64,000 bases of DNA, taken from positions 62,001 to 126,000 of the IMG/VR virus record IMGVR_UViG_3300028676_000003. One strand, written 5' to 3'. The notes under the pieces were generated by a model. The model did no database searches, had not been told where the DNA came from, and worked only from the letters and a program-made list of their open reading frames with translations. The position numbers and the translations under genes were made by a program. The first letter of the stretch is position 1, and each line of letters opens with the position of its first letter. Shown here piece by piece: positions 46,150 through 55,898 of this stretch.

Positions 46150-46703
46150 TAAAAGGTTATTTTAAAGACAATTTCTTTATTGTAACCAGTATCAGTATCA
46201 AGAGTTTCAACTTCTACCAATTTAGGATTAGCTATTTTTAAAATATCATCAAAAATATCCTTAGAAATAGCCAAATCAGGAACATCTACACCATGTTGTA
46301 AATTATGCGCTAATTCCTCTGTAGCTCCGTCAGCAAATGGTATAAATAATGTGATACATAATTTTTTTGTTGCGCTATTTAAAGCATTCGCAAATATTCT
46401 TTCCCATTCATAGTTATGTTCCAATACGTGTCTCATATGAATTCCTTCAACACTTGATTCATATTCACATAAATCAATGTGTTTTTTTGTTGCAAATGGA
46501 GTATCACTTCCATCGATACCAATAGCCTGTGGACAGAATCTAAGGAAACCACCACCACCTACTCCCCAATCTTCAATTGTTTCACAGTCAGCTAAAAAAT
46601 CAGCACCAATTTGGTACGTTGATGTTTCTCCATATTTGTATGAACTTGGTATTCCTGATTTTAAATCTTTATACCAATTGTCCCATTTTCCTACATTACT
46701 CAT
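46149..46703 (-). CDS. SAM-dependent methyltransferase-like protein
   Basis: IEDWGVGGGG, GIDGS, RHVLEHN. Confidence 0.75.
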   Translation of the reverse strand: MSNVGKWDNWYKDLKSGIPSSYKYGETSTYQIGADFLADCETIEDWGVGGGGFLRFCPQAIGIDGSDTPFATKKHIDLCEYESSVEGIHMRHVLEHNYEWERIFANALNSATKKLCITLFIPFADGATEELAHNLQHGVDVPDLAISKDIFDDILKIANPKLVEVETLDTDTGYNKEIVFKITF

Positions 46704-48018
46704 TTCTTTTTAATATTGTTAATCCGTTGTTATTTGTTAAGTCTTCTAGAATACTCCAATTGGTATTCTCAGCCAAGAAATCTTCCATAGCCGTTCTAAG
46801 TCCAAGCTTCGTTGATGATTGTCCTTTAATAATCTCACTTGCATGTTGATAGATTTGCTCATCAACTCTACCAAACGTAGTTGTATCATGAAGTATGATA
46901 TACTTAGATACATTACCTTCGTGAATTCTTAATTCTGCAATTAATTGATTGTAAGTGTGAAGTGTATCTATGAAAAGAAGCTCCGTTGGTTCAATTGTTA
47001 AATTAAGAGTATCTGCCAATACAAAAGAATGATTTAGTAATTGAGTACTTTCAGTCATTATTTGTTGTATTTCATGAGTTGATTGGATATCATAAGAGAT
47101 AAGTCTTTCAGGATTTGCCATTATAAAAGCAAGAGTCGAAGCTCCCCATCTAACACCCATTTCTGTTATGTGCTTACACTCTTCACCATATCTTTTAAGA
47201 ACTGGCATGTGTTCATAAATGTCTATACTCTGTGTTACATTTGGATTAACCAAAGAAACATTATATAGTTCTGTAATTCTATTGCTCATTGCGTTTTCAT
47301 TTGTTTTTGTAAATGTTAAAAACGTAGGTCTTAAATTTGAATATTCAAAGTTAGGTTTCAAATAATGTGGATTATTATTGTCAACATAAGCTCTGATATC
47401 TTCAACACCACTCGTTTTCATTGATTTTTTTGATTGACCTTCATAGTGTATGATAGGTGAGTTTAAAACATAGGCTAAGTTAAATCCTCTTTCGTAAATA
47501 GAATGAAAGATAAAATCATCACCACAATATGTTTTAATGTAGCTTGGTAGTGTTGGAAATAATGCATGTCTAAGACTGAAATCCCATCCTTGCATATTAA
47601 CAAACGGCTCAACTACTCTATAGTTTAATTGTGTTTGTTCTGAACTATAACTCATATGGTTAGTTGAATGTACTACGATACCAACATAAGGTTCTTTATC
47701 GAAAACCGCAATGGTTGATTCAACAAAGTTGCTACATAAATTAATATCGTTATTCAAGAAACATAAGTATTCATTCTTATAGGTTGCATGAAACCAAGAC
47801 CACACATGATTAAGTGGGATATTCTCAGCATTCCTAACTATTTCTACGTTTTCGTAGTCTATTGAATCTAAAAATTCGCTAGTTCCTTCTTCGGTTGAAG
47901 CTTGGTCAACCAAAACGATTTCAAAATCATCACTTGTTTGTGTTTGTAAGTCTTTCAAACAATCTCTAGTGAACTCAATGTTATCTAAATTCACTATTAA
48001 AATTTTTAGTTTTTTCAT
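46696..48018 (-). CDS. GT2 glycosyltransferase fused to a C-terminal methyltransferase (Methyltransf_24-like)
   Basis: VLVDQAS.E.T, FLNND, CGDD; then ITEMGVRWGAS, LLFIDTLH.Y, ILHDT. Confidence 0.82.
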   Translation of the reverse strand: MKKLKILIVNLDNIEFTRDCLKDLQTQTSDDFEIVLVDQASTEEGTSEFLDSIDYENVEIVRNAENIPLNHVWSWFHATYKNEYLCFLNNDINLCSNFVESTIAVFDKEPYVGIVVHSTNHMSYSSEQTQLNYRVVEPFVNMQGWDFSLRHALFPTLPSYIKTYCGDDFIFHSIYERGFNLAYVLNSPIIHYEGQSKKSMKTSGVEDIRAYVDNNNPHYLKPNFEYSNLRPTFLTFTKTNENAMSNRITELYNVSLVNPNVTQSIDIYEHMPVLKRYGEECKHITEMGVRWGASTLAFIMANPERLISYDIQSTHEIQQIMTESTQLLNHSFVLADTLNLTIEPTELLFIDTLHTYNQLIAELRIHEGNVSKYIILHDTTTFGRVDEQIYQHASEIIKGQSSTKLGLRTAMEDFLAENTNWSILEDLTNNNGLTILKRNE

Positions 48019-49694
48019 TATATAAGTTTTTTATAAATGTCAATTATCTCCTTAGCAACAACATCACTCTTAAATTTATCTAAGTCAGTTGGTACTTCAT
48101 GTAGTGTTTTTGATATTATATCACCAGTAGCGTTAACATTATATATCCAACCTTTTTTACCACATAACCATCCTTCAATAGTTGTTCTACCTAAAAGAAT
48201 TCCAGCTGTCTCATCACATTGGTGAATAAACTTTTCGATGTTAGGTGTTGGCTCAAAATATGTCACGTGGTCATTTTGTGCAATGTATGCATCTAGCGTA
48301 GCTTCACGTTTTTTACCAACAATCCATAATTCACCACCTTCTTCTTTGGTTGTGTTAATTAAGTCTACTAGGGTTTGGATTCTCAAGAAATCAATAGTTC
48401 CAACGAATAGTGTTCTTTTCTTGGTTCTTTTTTCTGTTAGTTTAACTTCTTTAAATCTTGTTGTGTCAATTGGATTATAGATAATATCAATCATCTCACT
48501 ATCAATCCCAAATTTATCAATAAGATAGTCTTTGATTTCAGGACGAATAGCAATGTATTTTTTTACATTATCAGTAATAAAAGGTTCTTCCATTGGAATT
48601 ACTTCTGAGTGGATTGAAGTTACTATCGGAGTATTTGGATAGAACTTAGCCAAGTGTTCAGTAATTGGTTTGTGGTTTGAATGGATTACATCGAATTCTA
48701 CATTAGAAACTTTATAAAGAGTCGCTTCTTGTGATGGAATTTCACCTTGTGGTGTCTTAAGTAACCATTTACCATCCCCTAACTTATACCCAGGAGGTGA
48801 TTTCAAGTCATATGTCTTGATTCCTATACCATTAGCAATCTTATTAAGTGGATTACCCAAGTTGGCCCAAATACTAACCTCACAACCTTGTTTCATAAGT
48901 TGTTTAGCCAATTCAAAAACATATAATTCTGAACCAGTATGTGATTGTAAACTTAAACAACCAATAAGGACCTTAAGCTTCTCACCTTTACGAATAACTC
49001 TTTTTATTTCAGCTGGCAATACACTAGCATATTTTTCACTAAAATTAATACGGTTTGTTTCCCAAGAATCATTTGTTTCACCAATTGATTTATGGTTTAT
49101 TCTGATTTGAGTTGAAACTCCTACCTTAACACCTTCCAAGTAATTATCAAATGAGAATGTAACATCATAGAAATGGAATCCTTCAACTGATTCATCAAAG
49201 GTTGCTTTGATACGTGTTTTGTCAACTGCGAAGAATACACCATCAACATTTACAACTTCTTCCAAGTGTTGCCCTAAGTCATCAGAATAAGCTGATAACC
49301 AAGATTTACCACCACTAGTATGTTGTACTCTACCAAACATTTTTTTAGGGTCTTCCCACCATTTACCTGAAGAAGGCATAGCTTTACTTCCAGCAACACC
49401 AATTATTCCAAATTCAGGGTTCTTTTCAAACTGTTTAAGTAATTTATTACCCCATTGCTTAGTATCAATAGAAATATCATCATGACAAAATACAACTATA
49501 TCGTATTTCGCTTGATTTAAGCCTTGATTATATGCTGAGGTTAGTGATTGTCCACCATTGAAATATGTTGACGCAGGGTCGTTGTTATTGATGATTTCAA
49601 TAACTTCAATGTGTTTATGTAGACCAGAAGATTTGATTATATGGTCAATGTGTGGTTTATTATGTTCTTTTGTGCAATATACAACTGTTATCAT
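48018..49694 (-). CDS. GT-A plus GT-B double glycosyltransferase
   Basis: AYNQGL..A, VFCHDD, FHFYD (GT-A); TGSELYVFELA, GRTTIEGW (GT-B). Confidence 0.82.
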   Translation of the reverse strand: MITVVYCTKEHNKPHIDHIIKSSGLHKHIEVIEIINNNDPASTYFNGGQSLTSAYNQGLNQAKYDIVVFCHDDISIDTKQWGNKLLKQFEKNPEFGIIGVAGSKAMPSSGKWWEDPKKMFGRVQHTSGGKSWLSAYSDDLGQHLEEVVNVDGVFFAVDKTRIKATFDESVEGFHFYDVTFSFDNYLEGVKVGVSTQIRINHKSIGETNDSWETNRINFSEKYASVLPAEIKRVIRKGEKLKVLIGCLSLQSHTGSELYVFELAKQLMKQGCEVSIWANLGNPLNKIANGIGIKTYDLKSPPGYKLGDGKWLLKTPQGEIPSQEATLYKVSNVEFDVIHSNHKPITEHLAKFYPNTPIVTSIHSEVIPMEEPFITDNVKKYIAIRPEIKDYLIDKFGIDSEMIDIIYNPIDTTRFKEVKLTEKRTKKRTLFVGTIDFLRIQTLVDLINTTKEEGGELWIVGKKREATLDAYIAQNDHVTYFEPTPNIEKFIHQCDETAGILLGRTTIEGWLCGKKGWIYNVNATGDIISKTLHEVPTDLDKFKSDVVAKEIIDIYKKLI

Positions 49695-49752
49695 GATTTT
49701 AATTTTTCATAATAATAGTATTTAAATATCAAAGTGTAAATGGTTTATAAAC

Positions 49753-49783
49753 AAAAAAACCCTACTCGTTAAAGTAGGGTTTT
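49753..49783 (-). terminator. Intrinsic terminator (guaC)
   Basis: CCCTACT/AGTAGGG plus T run on minus strand. Confidence 0.8.
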
Positions 49784-49786
49784 AAT

Positions 49787-50779
49787 TTATTTCTTATATC
49801 TTTGGTAAGCATTATCTGTAATTTTGATAATATCTGCCATTCCAATAAATTCATCAAGAGTTTTTGTGTTTGAATAACTCATGGCCGAGCGTAGGTAATC
49901 TTCAAAATTACTAGCCCATTGTCTTAGGTTATATTCAGCTTTTCTAAATCGAATAACACCTTCAGAAGAAATTAATTCTTCTTTTCCCCATTCTTTTTGA
50001 ACTTCTTTGGTGCTCATACCTCTAAACTTCTTATAAACAGGTAGGTTATTGTTATAACACCATCTTGCAAAGCTTTGTTTAATCTTTATGCATTTGAAAA
50101 GATAATTATCACCACATGAATCAATAGCTTTGTTGAAGATGCTTCCTACCATTACGTAATCAGCTCCAAGTGCTAGTGCTTTGATAATATCGCTGTAGTT
50201 TTGCATCCCACCATCTGCGACTATCTTAGCTGGTTTATCTAAACTACAAGAAATTTCGTAACACTCTCGGATAAGACTTGCCATTGGATATCCAACACCA
50301 GTATGTACAGTAGTACTACATCCACCGCCATTTCCGATTCCAACCCTAACATAATCAGCACCAGCATCAGAAAGAACCTTGTATGTTTCAGGGTTAGCAA
50401 CATTACCAACCATAAGGGTCATTTCAGGATATTTAGCTTTTAATGCTTTGGTCATTTCCACTAGGGTTGCCATGTGTCCATTTGCGATATCAATAAGATA
50501 CATACCTTTTTGGTTAAGATTTCCTTTTCTAGCTTGTTTCTCAATTTCTTGTAAAGAATATGATTCAAATCCAGTTAAGTTCATTTCACCTCTTGGAGTA
50601 CAAGTAATAATCTTTAACCCTTTGTAAATGTATTTGTTATCTTTACTAATAACAGTGTCCATTGGTGCTGTAATTAAAGGTAAAAACCCATCGTGAAATG
50701 GGTTTATATCTTTTCGAGAATTAATATTAGATATCTTAGCTGGTTTAATTAAAATATCGTTAAAATCGAATTTGTTCAT
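49787..50779 (-). CDS. guaC: GMP reductase / IMPDH-family protein (no CBS domain)
   Basis: FNDILI.P, TAPMDT, IDIANGH, VGIGNGGGCST, IVADGG, ALALGAD.VM.G. Confidence 0.8.
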   Translation of the reverse strand: MNKFDFNDILIKPAKISNINSRKDINPFHDGFLPLITAPMDTVISKDNKYIYKGLKIITCTPRGEMNLTGFESYSLQEIEKQARKGNLNQKGMYLIDIANGHMATLVEMTKALKAKYPEMTLMVGNVANPETYKVLSDAGADYVRVGIGNGGGCSTTVHTGVGYPMASLIRECYEISCSLDKPAKIVADGGMQNYSDIIKALALGADYVMVGSIFNKAIDSCGDNYLFKCIKIKQSFARWCYNNNLPVYKKFRGMSTKEVQKEWGKEELISSEGVIRFRKAEYNLRQWASNFEDYLRSAMSYSNTKTLDEFIGMADIIKITDNAYQRYKK

Positions 50780-50794
50780 TAAAATATTTGTGTT

Positions 50795-51385
50795 TTATTT
50801 TGTTCCTGTACTTCCAAATCCACCAGCTCCACGCTCAGTATCATTAGATATTTCGTCTATTTTGTTTAAATTAATTGTGTTCTTAGCTGTTACAGTTGCT
50901 ACTACTGCTTGTGCAATTCTTTCACCATGCTTGATTATGAATTCTTGCTTACCATGATTGATAAGGATAACCTTAACTTCTCCACGATAATCTGCATCAA
51001 CCGTCCCAGGTGTATTCAACACAGTAATACCATGCTTTGCCGCTAGTCCGCTTCTTGGTCTAACTTGAATCTCAAAATTAGGTGGTAATTCAAAGTATAA
51101 ACCTGTCGGAATAAGCTTTATTTCACCACTTTCAAGTATGATATCATCTTCACCTAAATCAGCTCTTAAATCGAAGCCTGATGCTCCGTCAGTTGCATAT
51201 TCAGGGTCAGGGTTATTTGATTTATTTACGAAGTTAACCTTCATTCTAAAATCATTTGATACGTTTACTATGTTTCCATTCATAGCTCCACCGAATTCTT
51301 TGTCAAAATCTGCTTGACTGTAAGGATTAGAAGGGTCCGCAATTTCGAGAACCCTCTCCTTCATTTTTTGAATGTCAAATGTCAT
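50795..51385 (-). CDS. dut: dUTP pyrophosphatase
   Basis: [34 protein letters not shown]. Confidence 0.97.
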   Translation of the reverse strand: MTFDIQKMKERVLEIADPSNPYSQADFDKEFGGAMNGNIVNVSNDFRMKVNFVNKSNNPDPEYATDGASGFDLRADLGEDDIILESGEIKLIPTGLYFELPPNFEIQVRPRSGLAAKHGITVLNTPGTVDADYRGEVKVILINHGKQEFIIKHGERIAQAVVATVTAKNTINLNKIDEISNDTERGAGGFGSTGTK

Positions 51386-51948
51386 TATTTACTTGCTTTT
51401 TCGTTTTTGATAGCGAACAAGTTAGCAACCTTTAATAAGTCACCCATAGTTGAGTTATGATACTCTACCATTTTGTCGTCCTCTCTATCAAACATTATGA
51501 TTGCTTGGTATTCCTCTTCTGTAAAAGTAACACCGTGAGCTGAAGCATAAAAAATGCTACGGTCACTAACTCTCATAGAAACTAAATCCTCATTGAACTT
51601 GTACATTTGTCCAAGATTTTTTTTATGCCATTCAGATTCATTCTCAATGTATAATTTTGCTTTACCAATTTGGTGTAAAAGTGCAACCTTCAATAATGAA
51701 GATTGGTCAACTCTTTCATCTGCTGGTAAAGCGTTATTAAACATCACTGCATACTTAGCAACATTTAATAAGTGAGCAATAAGGCCACCTTCAAATGCGT
51801 TATGTAATTTTGTTACAGTAGATGCTGGAGCTTTAATGAAATCTGTTCCTAAGAAAGCTTGTAATTCATCTGTCATGAATCCTAAATTTGTTGCTGTCTC
51901 AAAGTATTTTTTTGTATTAGCAACGATTTTTGTTTGGTCTAAAGACAT
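51385..51948 (-). CDS. YhaM-like HD protein with HD changed to HQ
   Basis: [22 protein letters not shown]; start set at ATG 51948 because the track start overlaps the promoter. Confidence 0.7.
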   Translation of the reverse strand: MSLDQTKIVANTKKYFETATNLGFMTDELQAFLGTDFIKAPASTVTKLHNAFEGGLIAHLLNVAKYAVMFNNALPADERVDQSSLLKVALLHQIGKAKLYIENESEWHKKNLGQMYKFNEDLVSMRVSDRSIFYASAHGVTFTEEEYQAIIMFDREDDKMVEYHNSTMGDLLKVANLFAIKNEKASK

Positions 51949-51979
51949 GTCTTTATGTATTATCTTCTCGTTATTTGTA

Positions 51980-52011
51980 CAAATATACACCTTTATTTTG
52001 ACTAAAGCAAA
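51980..52011 (-). promoter_or_regulatory. Bacteroidota-type sigma70 promoter (HD-dut-guaC)
   Basis: TTTG-N20-TATATTTG. Confidence 0.8.
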
Positions 52012-52023
52012 TAAATTTTAAAA

Positions 52024-52464
52024 TTATTCACCTAAAACTCTAGTTTGTCCGAATCCGTGTTTAAACTCATCTTTAAATCTAACTGCATCCATTTTTGGTT
52101 CAGGGTCAGCTTTTAGTTTAGGTTCATCACTTGATTTAAGAACACTCAACAAATCAGCTTTTAATGATTTGATTGTATCTTCAAATTGTTTCTTTTGATT
52201 AGAAAGAATATTCTTGATTTGGTCTTCTTCAGGTGTTTTGTACTTATCATCAACTCTGTCCATAAGTTCTTTGATGTGAGATGTTTTTGTTGTATCATCT
52301 AAATCAATTGTATACTTAGGTTTAACGTTGTCAGTTAACAATTGGTTAACTCCAACAAATTTTTCAGGTGCTTTTTTCTCACCATCACTAGTTGAATTTG
52401 CTTTATCCTCTTTCAAGGCTTTAGCTAGGAATTCGAAAACTAGAATTAAATCATCTTGTTTCAT
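52024..52464 (-). CDS. Hypothetical protein
   Basis: 146-aa ORF. Confidence 0.65.
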   Translation of the reverse strand: MKQDDLILVFEFLAKALKEDKANSTSDGEKKAPEKFVGVNQLLTDNVKPKYTIDLDDTTKTSHIKELMDRVDDKYKTPEEDQIKNILSNQKKQFEDTIKSLKADLLSVLKSSDEPKLKADPEPKMDAVRFKDEFKHGFGQTRVLGE

Positions 52465-52467
52465 AAT

Positions 52468-53694
52468 TTATTTTTTTAAAAGGCTCAAGTATAAGTCTCT
52501 TCTTTGTTCAGTTACTTTATCCATAGAATATGTGTCTTTAACTGTTTCGAAAAGATTTTCTTGAAGTGTTGTTATAATTTCAGGATTATTGATTAATTTC
52601 TTAATCGCAGTATACCAATCCTTGTTATTTTTTTTGCTGTCAATCAAGATACCATTTGCTGTTGTATCAAAACCACCACCATATTGTATAGCGTTTTTAA
52701 GGTCAATTTGGTATGGCCCGAAATCTTGTGCAATTAATGCTTTTTTATGGAAACCAGCTTCAATAACCTTCAACTGACTCTTAACCTTGTTGAATACGTT
52801 TTCTTCAAGTGGTGCCAAAGAAATATCAAATAAGTTATAGTTTGTTGCATATGTTGAGATTGGTTTTGTCCAAACTCTACGGTATGCTTCATTGGTAGTA
52901 TCAAATTCTTGGTCTTGCGTGAATTTTAACAAATAATTTTTATATTCAGGGCTAACAGTAGAATAGTTGTCTGTAAAGATTTGCTCATAACGGAACCAAA
53001 CACTTTCTTTTGGTGTAATTTGTCTAGTTGTTTGTTGCTTAGTAATACTATCAATTGTTGTGTGTGTTCCTCTAACATCAAATCCGCAAAGTACAAATTG
53101 TACCTTATCTAGTAAATTATCAGCTCTTAGTTTACCAACAACTCCTTGAAGGATTTCTAAATCTTTTAAGTGAGATGAACCACCTAACCAACCAATTCTG
53201 ATTCTATCAGAAGGTTCAACGTTAGAAATAAATTGTTTTTCTTTAGGGTCGATAGCATTAGGTAAAACGTAAACATTTTTGTTTACTTTTCTAATTTCAT
53301 CAGCGAAGAATGGTGTTGTTGTTGTAACATTTCTAGCAGAACGAATATTATCAAGAATCTTTTTATCTAATTCAGCATTTTTAATAAGGTGATAAGCAGG
53401 GTGGTGTAACCCAGGAGCCCAATAATCATCCAAATCCATAATCGTTACAATTCCAAGACCGTCTAATTTTTTCAATAGATTTTCCATCTGCTCATAAGAA
53501 CCTAATGCTCTATGGTAGTGAATAATATCATATTGTTTTAAGAAAACGTCATCATCCAAGTTTATATCATATTCGATATCGATGTGAAATTCATCAGGAT
53601 ATTTATTTTCTAATGCAATGTGTGGGTTAGTACTTCTGTAGTAAGAAACACCTGTTCTATCGCTAGGAACTACTAGCACTTTTATTTTTTTCAT
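52468..53694 (-). CDS. GT-B glycosyltransferase
   Basis: GVSYYRS..PH, DLDDYW, LPNAID, IGWLGGSSH..DL, DISLAPL..N.FN..KS.LK..E. Confidence 0.85.
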   Translation of the reverse strand: MKKIKVLVVPSDRTGVSYYRSTNPHIALENKYPDEFHIDIEYDINLDDDVFLKQYDIIHYHRALGSYEQMENLLKKLDGLGIVTIMDLDDYWAPGLHHPAYHLIKNAELDKKILDNIRSARNVTTTTPFFADEIRKVNKNVYVLPNAIDPKEKQFISNVEPSDRIRIGWLGGSSHLKDLEILQGVVGKLRADNLLDKVQFVLCGFDVRGTHTTIDSITKQQTTRQITPKESVWFRYEQIFTDNYSTVSPEYKNYLLKFTQDQEFDTTNEAYRRVWTKPISTYATNYNLFDISLAPLEENVFNKVKSQLKVIEAGFHKKALIAQDFGPYQIDLKNAIQYGGGFDTTANGILIDSKKNNKDWYTAIKKLINNPEIITTLQENLFETVKDTYSMDKVTEQRRDLYLSLLKK

Positions 53695-53758
53695 ATTAAA
53701 TTTTTTAAAACTATTTTATAAGTAAAACAAATATATCTTTATTAAAATATTAGTAAAT

Positions 53759-53786
53759 AAAAAAGGAGCCTAAATAGCTCCTTTTT
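53759..53786 (-). terminator. Intrinsic terminator
   Basis: GGAGC/GCTCC stem flanked by A and T runs. Confidence 0.8.
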
Positions 53787-53796
53787 GTTAATTATT

Positions 53797-54429
53797 TTAA
53801 ATTGTTTTCTTTTTCGTTGGGATTATTCCTTCTTTTATCAGCGTAGTAATTGTTTTTTTAATTGTTTCTTCTGTTAAGGTTTTGTCATAAATCTGTTTAA
53901 AAAACGTTGAAATACCTTCATTTATCATATCTTTAAGTTCTGTCTTGCTGATAGTTATCATTTCTGAATTCCCTCTTGGTTGTTGAATGTTCTCTCTTAT
54001 CGGCTGTTGTCTTGGTGGCAGAGCCTGTGGAGCTTGTTTTGTATCATTTAAATTCTTACGAGTCATTCTAGCAATCTGTTCCACTGAAACACCACCAGTC
54101 ATACTTACTTGCGGAATTGGTTTAGCTATCATAATTGCTTTGATTGCATCAGGCAATCTAGAATTCTGTACCATTTCAGCTGTATAATCAGTAGGTGCTT
54201 GATATTCTGTTTCGTTAGGGTTACTTGGTAAATAACTTTCATAAACAGGTTCTCTCTCATCATTTTCATTGTAAAATCCTGAATCATAGATATTACTATA
54301 AGATTCATTCATGCTTTCTCTCCTAGTAGGAGTTGGCATGTCACCCTCGACCTTTTGCATAACCTGTTTTGATTTGGCTAAAAGTCCTTGTAGAGCGGAT
54401 AAATTTACTGGTTGTGGCATTCCATCCAT
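53797..54429 (-). CDS. Hypothetical protein (late operon)
   Basis: 210-aa Pro/Gln-rich ORF before terminator. Confidence 0.7.
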   Translation of the reverse strand: MDGMPQPVNLSALQGLLAKSKQVMQKVEGDMPTPTRRESMNESYSNIYDSGFYNENDEREPVYESYLPSNPNETEYQAPTDYTAEMVQNSRLPDAIKAIMIAKPIPQVSMTGGVSVEQIARMTRKNLNDTKQAPQALPPRQQPIRENIQQPRGNSEMITISKTELKDMINEGISTFFKQIYDKTLTEETIKKTITTLIKEGIIPTKKKTI

Positions 54430-54435
54430 ATTATT

Positions 54436-54981
54436 TTATGTATTAAGTTCATTATTTGTAGCTTGAGGCTGTTGTGGTGCCTGTTGCTGTTGTGTTGGTG
54501 CTGGCGGTTGAGGCGCAGGTTCCGTTGGTTTTTGATTGATATCGCTTCTTTTACGATTAAATTTATTAGGGTCTACAATCTTGTAAACAACACTAAATGA
54601 ATCATCACCCATTTGATTAAATGGTGGAATACTAGCATCATAATCAGAAACTGGATTATACCATTTCATGTTGGTAGGTAACCAAGACTCAATTCTATCA
54701 AGTCTAAAGATTTTCCAACCATTTGATACTGTTTTGGTACCACCATCAATTTGGTATGCTCTGATTGCATCATTACCACCGTGTGTTTTACCGTAAACAT
54801 AAACTTGGATATATCGTTTACTTGGAACGCTTTGTCCTTCGTCACGATATGTAATATTTACGTTATATAATCCATCTATTGCGGCTCCAACACTATCCGT
54901 ATCTACTCCTTCAACTAACAAGCCTAACGCTTTCTGTGTTTCTTCAAGTATAACTTGTTCGAATAAATTGTAAAGCTTCAT
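54436..54981 (-). CDS. Stand-alone WYL-like domain protein
   Basis: VNITY ... KRYIQVYVYG ... IRAYQ ... WKIFRLDRI. Confidence 0.7.
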   Translation of the reverse strand: MKLYNLFEQVILEETQKALGLLVEGVDTDSVGAAIDGLYNVNITYRDEGQSVPSKRYIQVYVYGKTHGGNDAIRAYQIDGGTKTVSNGWKIFRLDRIESWLPTNMKWYNPVSDYDASIPPFNQMGDDSFSVVYKIVDPNKFNRKRSDINQKPTEPAPQPPAPTQQQQAPQQPQATNNELNT

Positions 54982-54993
54982 ATATTATTTTTA

Positions 54994-55452
54994 TTAGAAA
55001 TATACTTGACCTGAATTCTTAGAAGTATCAGGAGATACATATCTACTACCAGCAACAATTGAAGGTCCGTAACCCCAATTACCAGCATTAAGTGTTATTT
55101 GTGCGATTCTACCTGAACCAGCTAATCCAATAGCTCCGTTGATATCTTCAGTACTACCACCTGCATAGTTTTCAATAGCAGCGAACATACCTAAAGAAAT
55201 ACCATCACCAGTACCTTTACCGTTATATGGTGAGTTGTTATCAGCTAATGCATTCGTATGGTTTACGTTATAAGCATCACCGTCATTACCTGTAATTTCA
55301 GGGTTTTTGTATGTACCTGCATACTTGTATTTTGATGTTCCAATTTTAGTTTGTTGGATGATTGCAAGTCTTCCTGTTCCTGGGTAAATAGGGTTACCAT
55401 TGATTGCGTAGTATTCTAATGGTGATTGATTACCGTTATATGGTGTTGGCAT
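54994..55452 (-). CDS. Gly/Asn-rich putative structural protein
   Basis: 152-aa ORF in late operon. Confidence 0.6.
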   Translation of the reverse strand: MPTPYNGNQSPLEYYAINGNPIYPGTGRLAIIQQTKIGTSKYKYAGTYKNPEITGNDGDAYNVNHTNALADNNSPYNGKGTGDGISLGMFAAIENYAGGSTEDINGAIGLAGSGRIAQITLNAGNWGYGPSIVAGSRYVSPDTSKNSGQVYF

Positions 55453-55454
55453 AA

Positions 55455-55898
55455 TTATAAAATTTGTTTATTGTTATTGTTATTCATGTATTCTATTAAA
55501 TATCTGATATCAGAAATTTCTTTGTTTAATCCTTCACTTAATGCTTGGTTGTTACTAAGAATTTTGTGTTTTTCTCCACCTGAGTGGTCAGCTTTTCTAC
55601 TAACACTAGCTGGCCCTGCTACCTTTGTCGGGTCATGTTGTTGATACATTCCATTTGGGTTTGTATCTTTCTGAACCTTTCTTCTTAATTCATCAGCTTT
55701 CTTAGGTACTTCAACAACTGGTTCGATTTCCCTCATTCTAGTGTCGCCACCCAATGAATTATATTCTGAGCAATTCTTGGTATCAACACAAGTCTTCTGA
55801 GCTGATTTAAGTCTTGATAACTCCATAGCATAAGCTTGGTGTTTCTTACCATCTTCATTCCCAGTCGTTAAATGTCTGTCTTTGATATTTGAATTCAT
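55455..55898 (-). CDS. Hypothetical protein
   Basis: 147-aa ORF; ALSEG site near C-terminus. Confidence 0.65.
   Translation of the reverse strand: MNSNIKDRHLTTGNEDGKKHQAYAMELSRLKSAQKTCVDTKNCSEYNSLGGDTRMREIEPVVEVPKKADELRRKVQKDTNPNGMYQQHDPTKVAGPASVSRKADHSGGEKHKILSNNQALSEGLNKEISDIRYLIEYMNNNNNKQIL

Noticed and set aside
43001-53760. Possible third (middle) promoter class TTTAC-N17/18-TA upstream of 43001, 49694 and 53694
   Set aside because: Only three loose instances in very AT-rich DNA; not distinguishable from chance by eye
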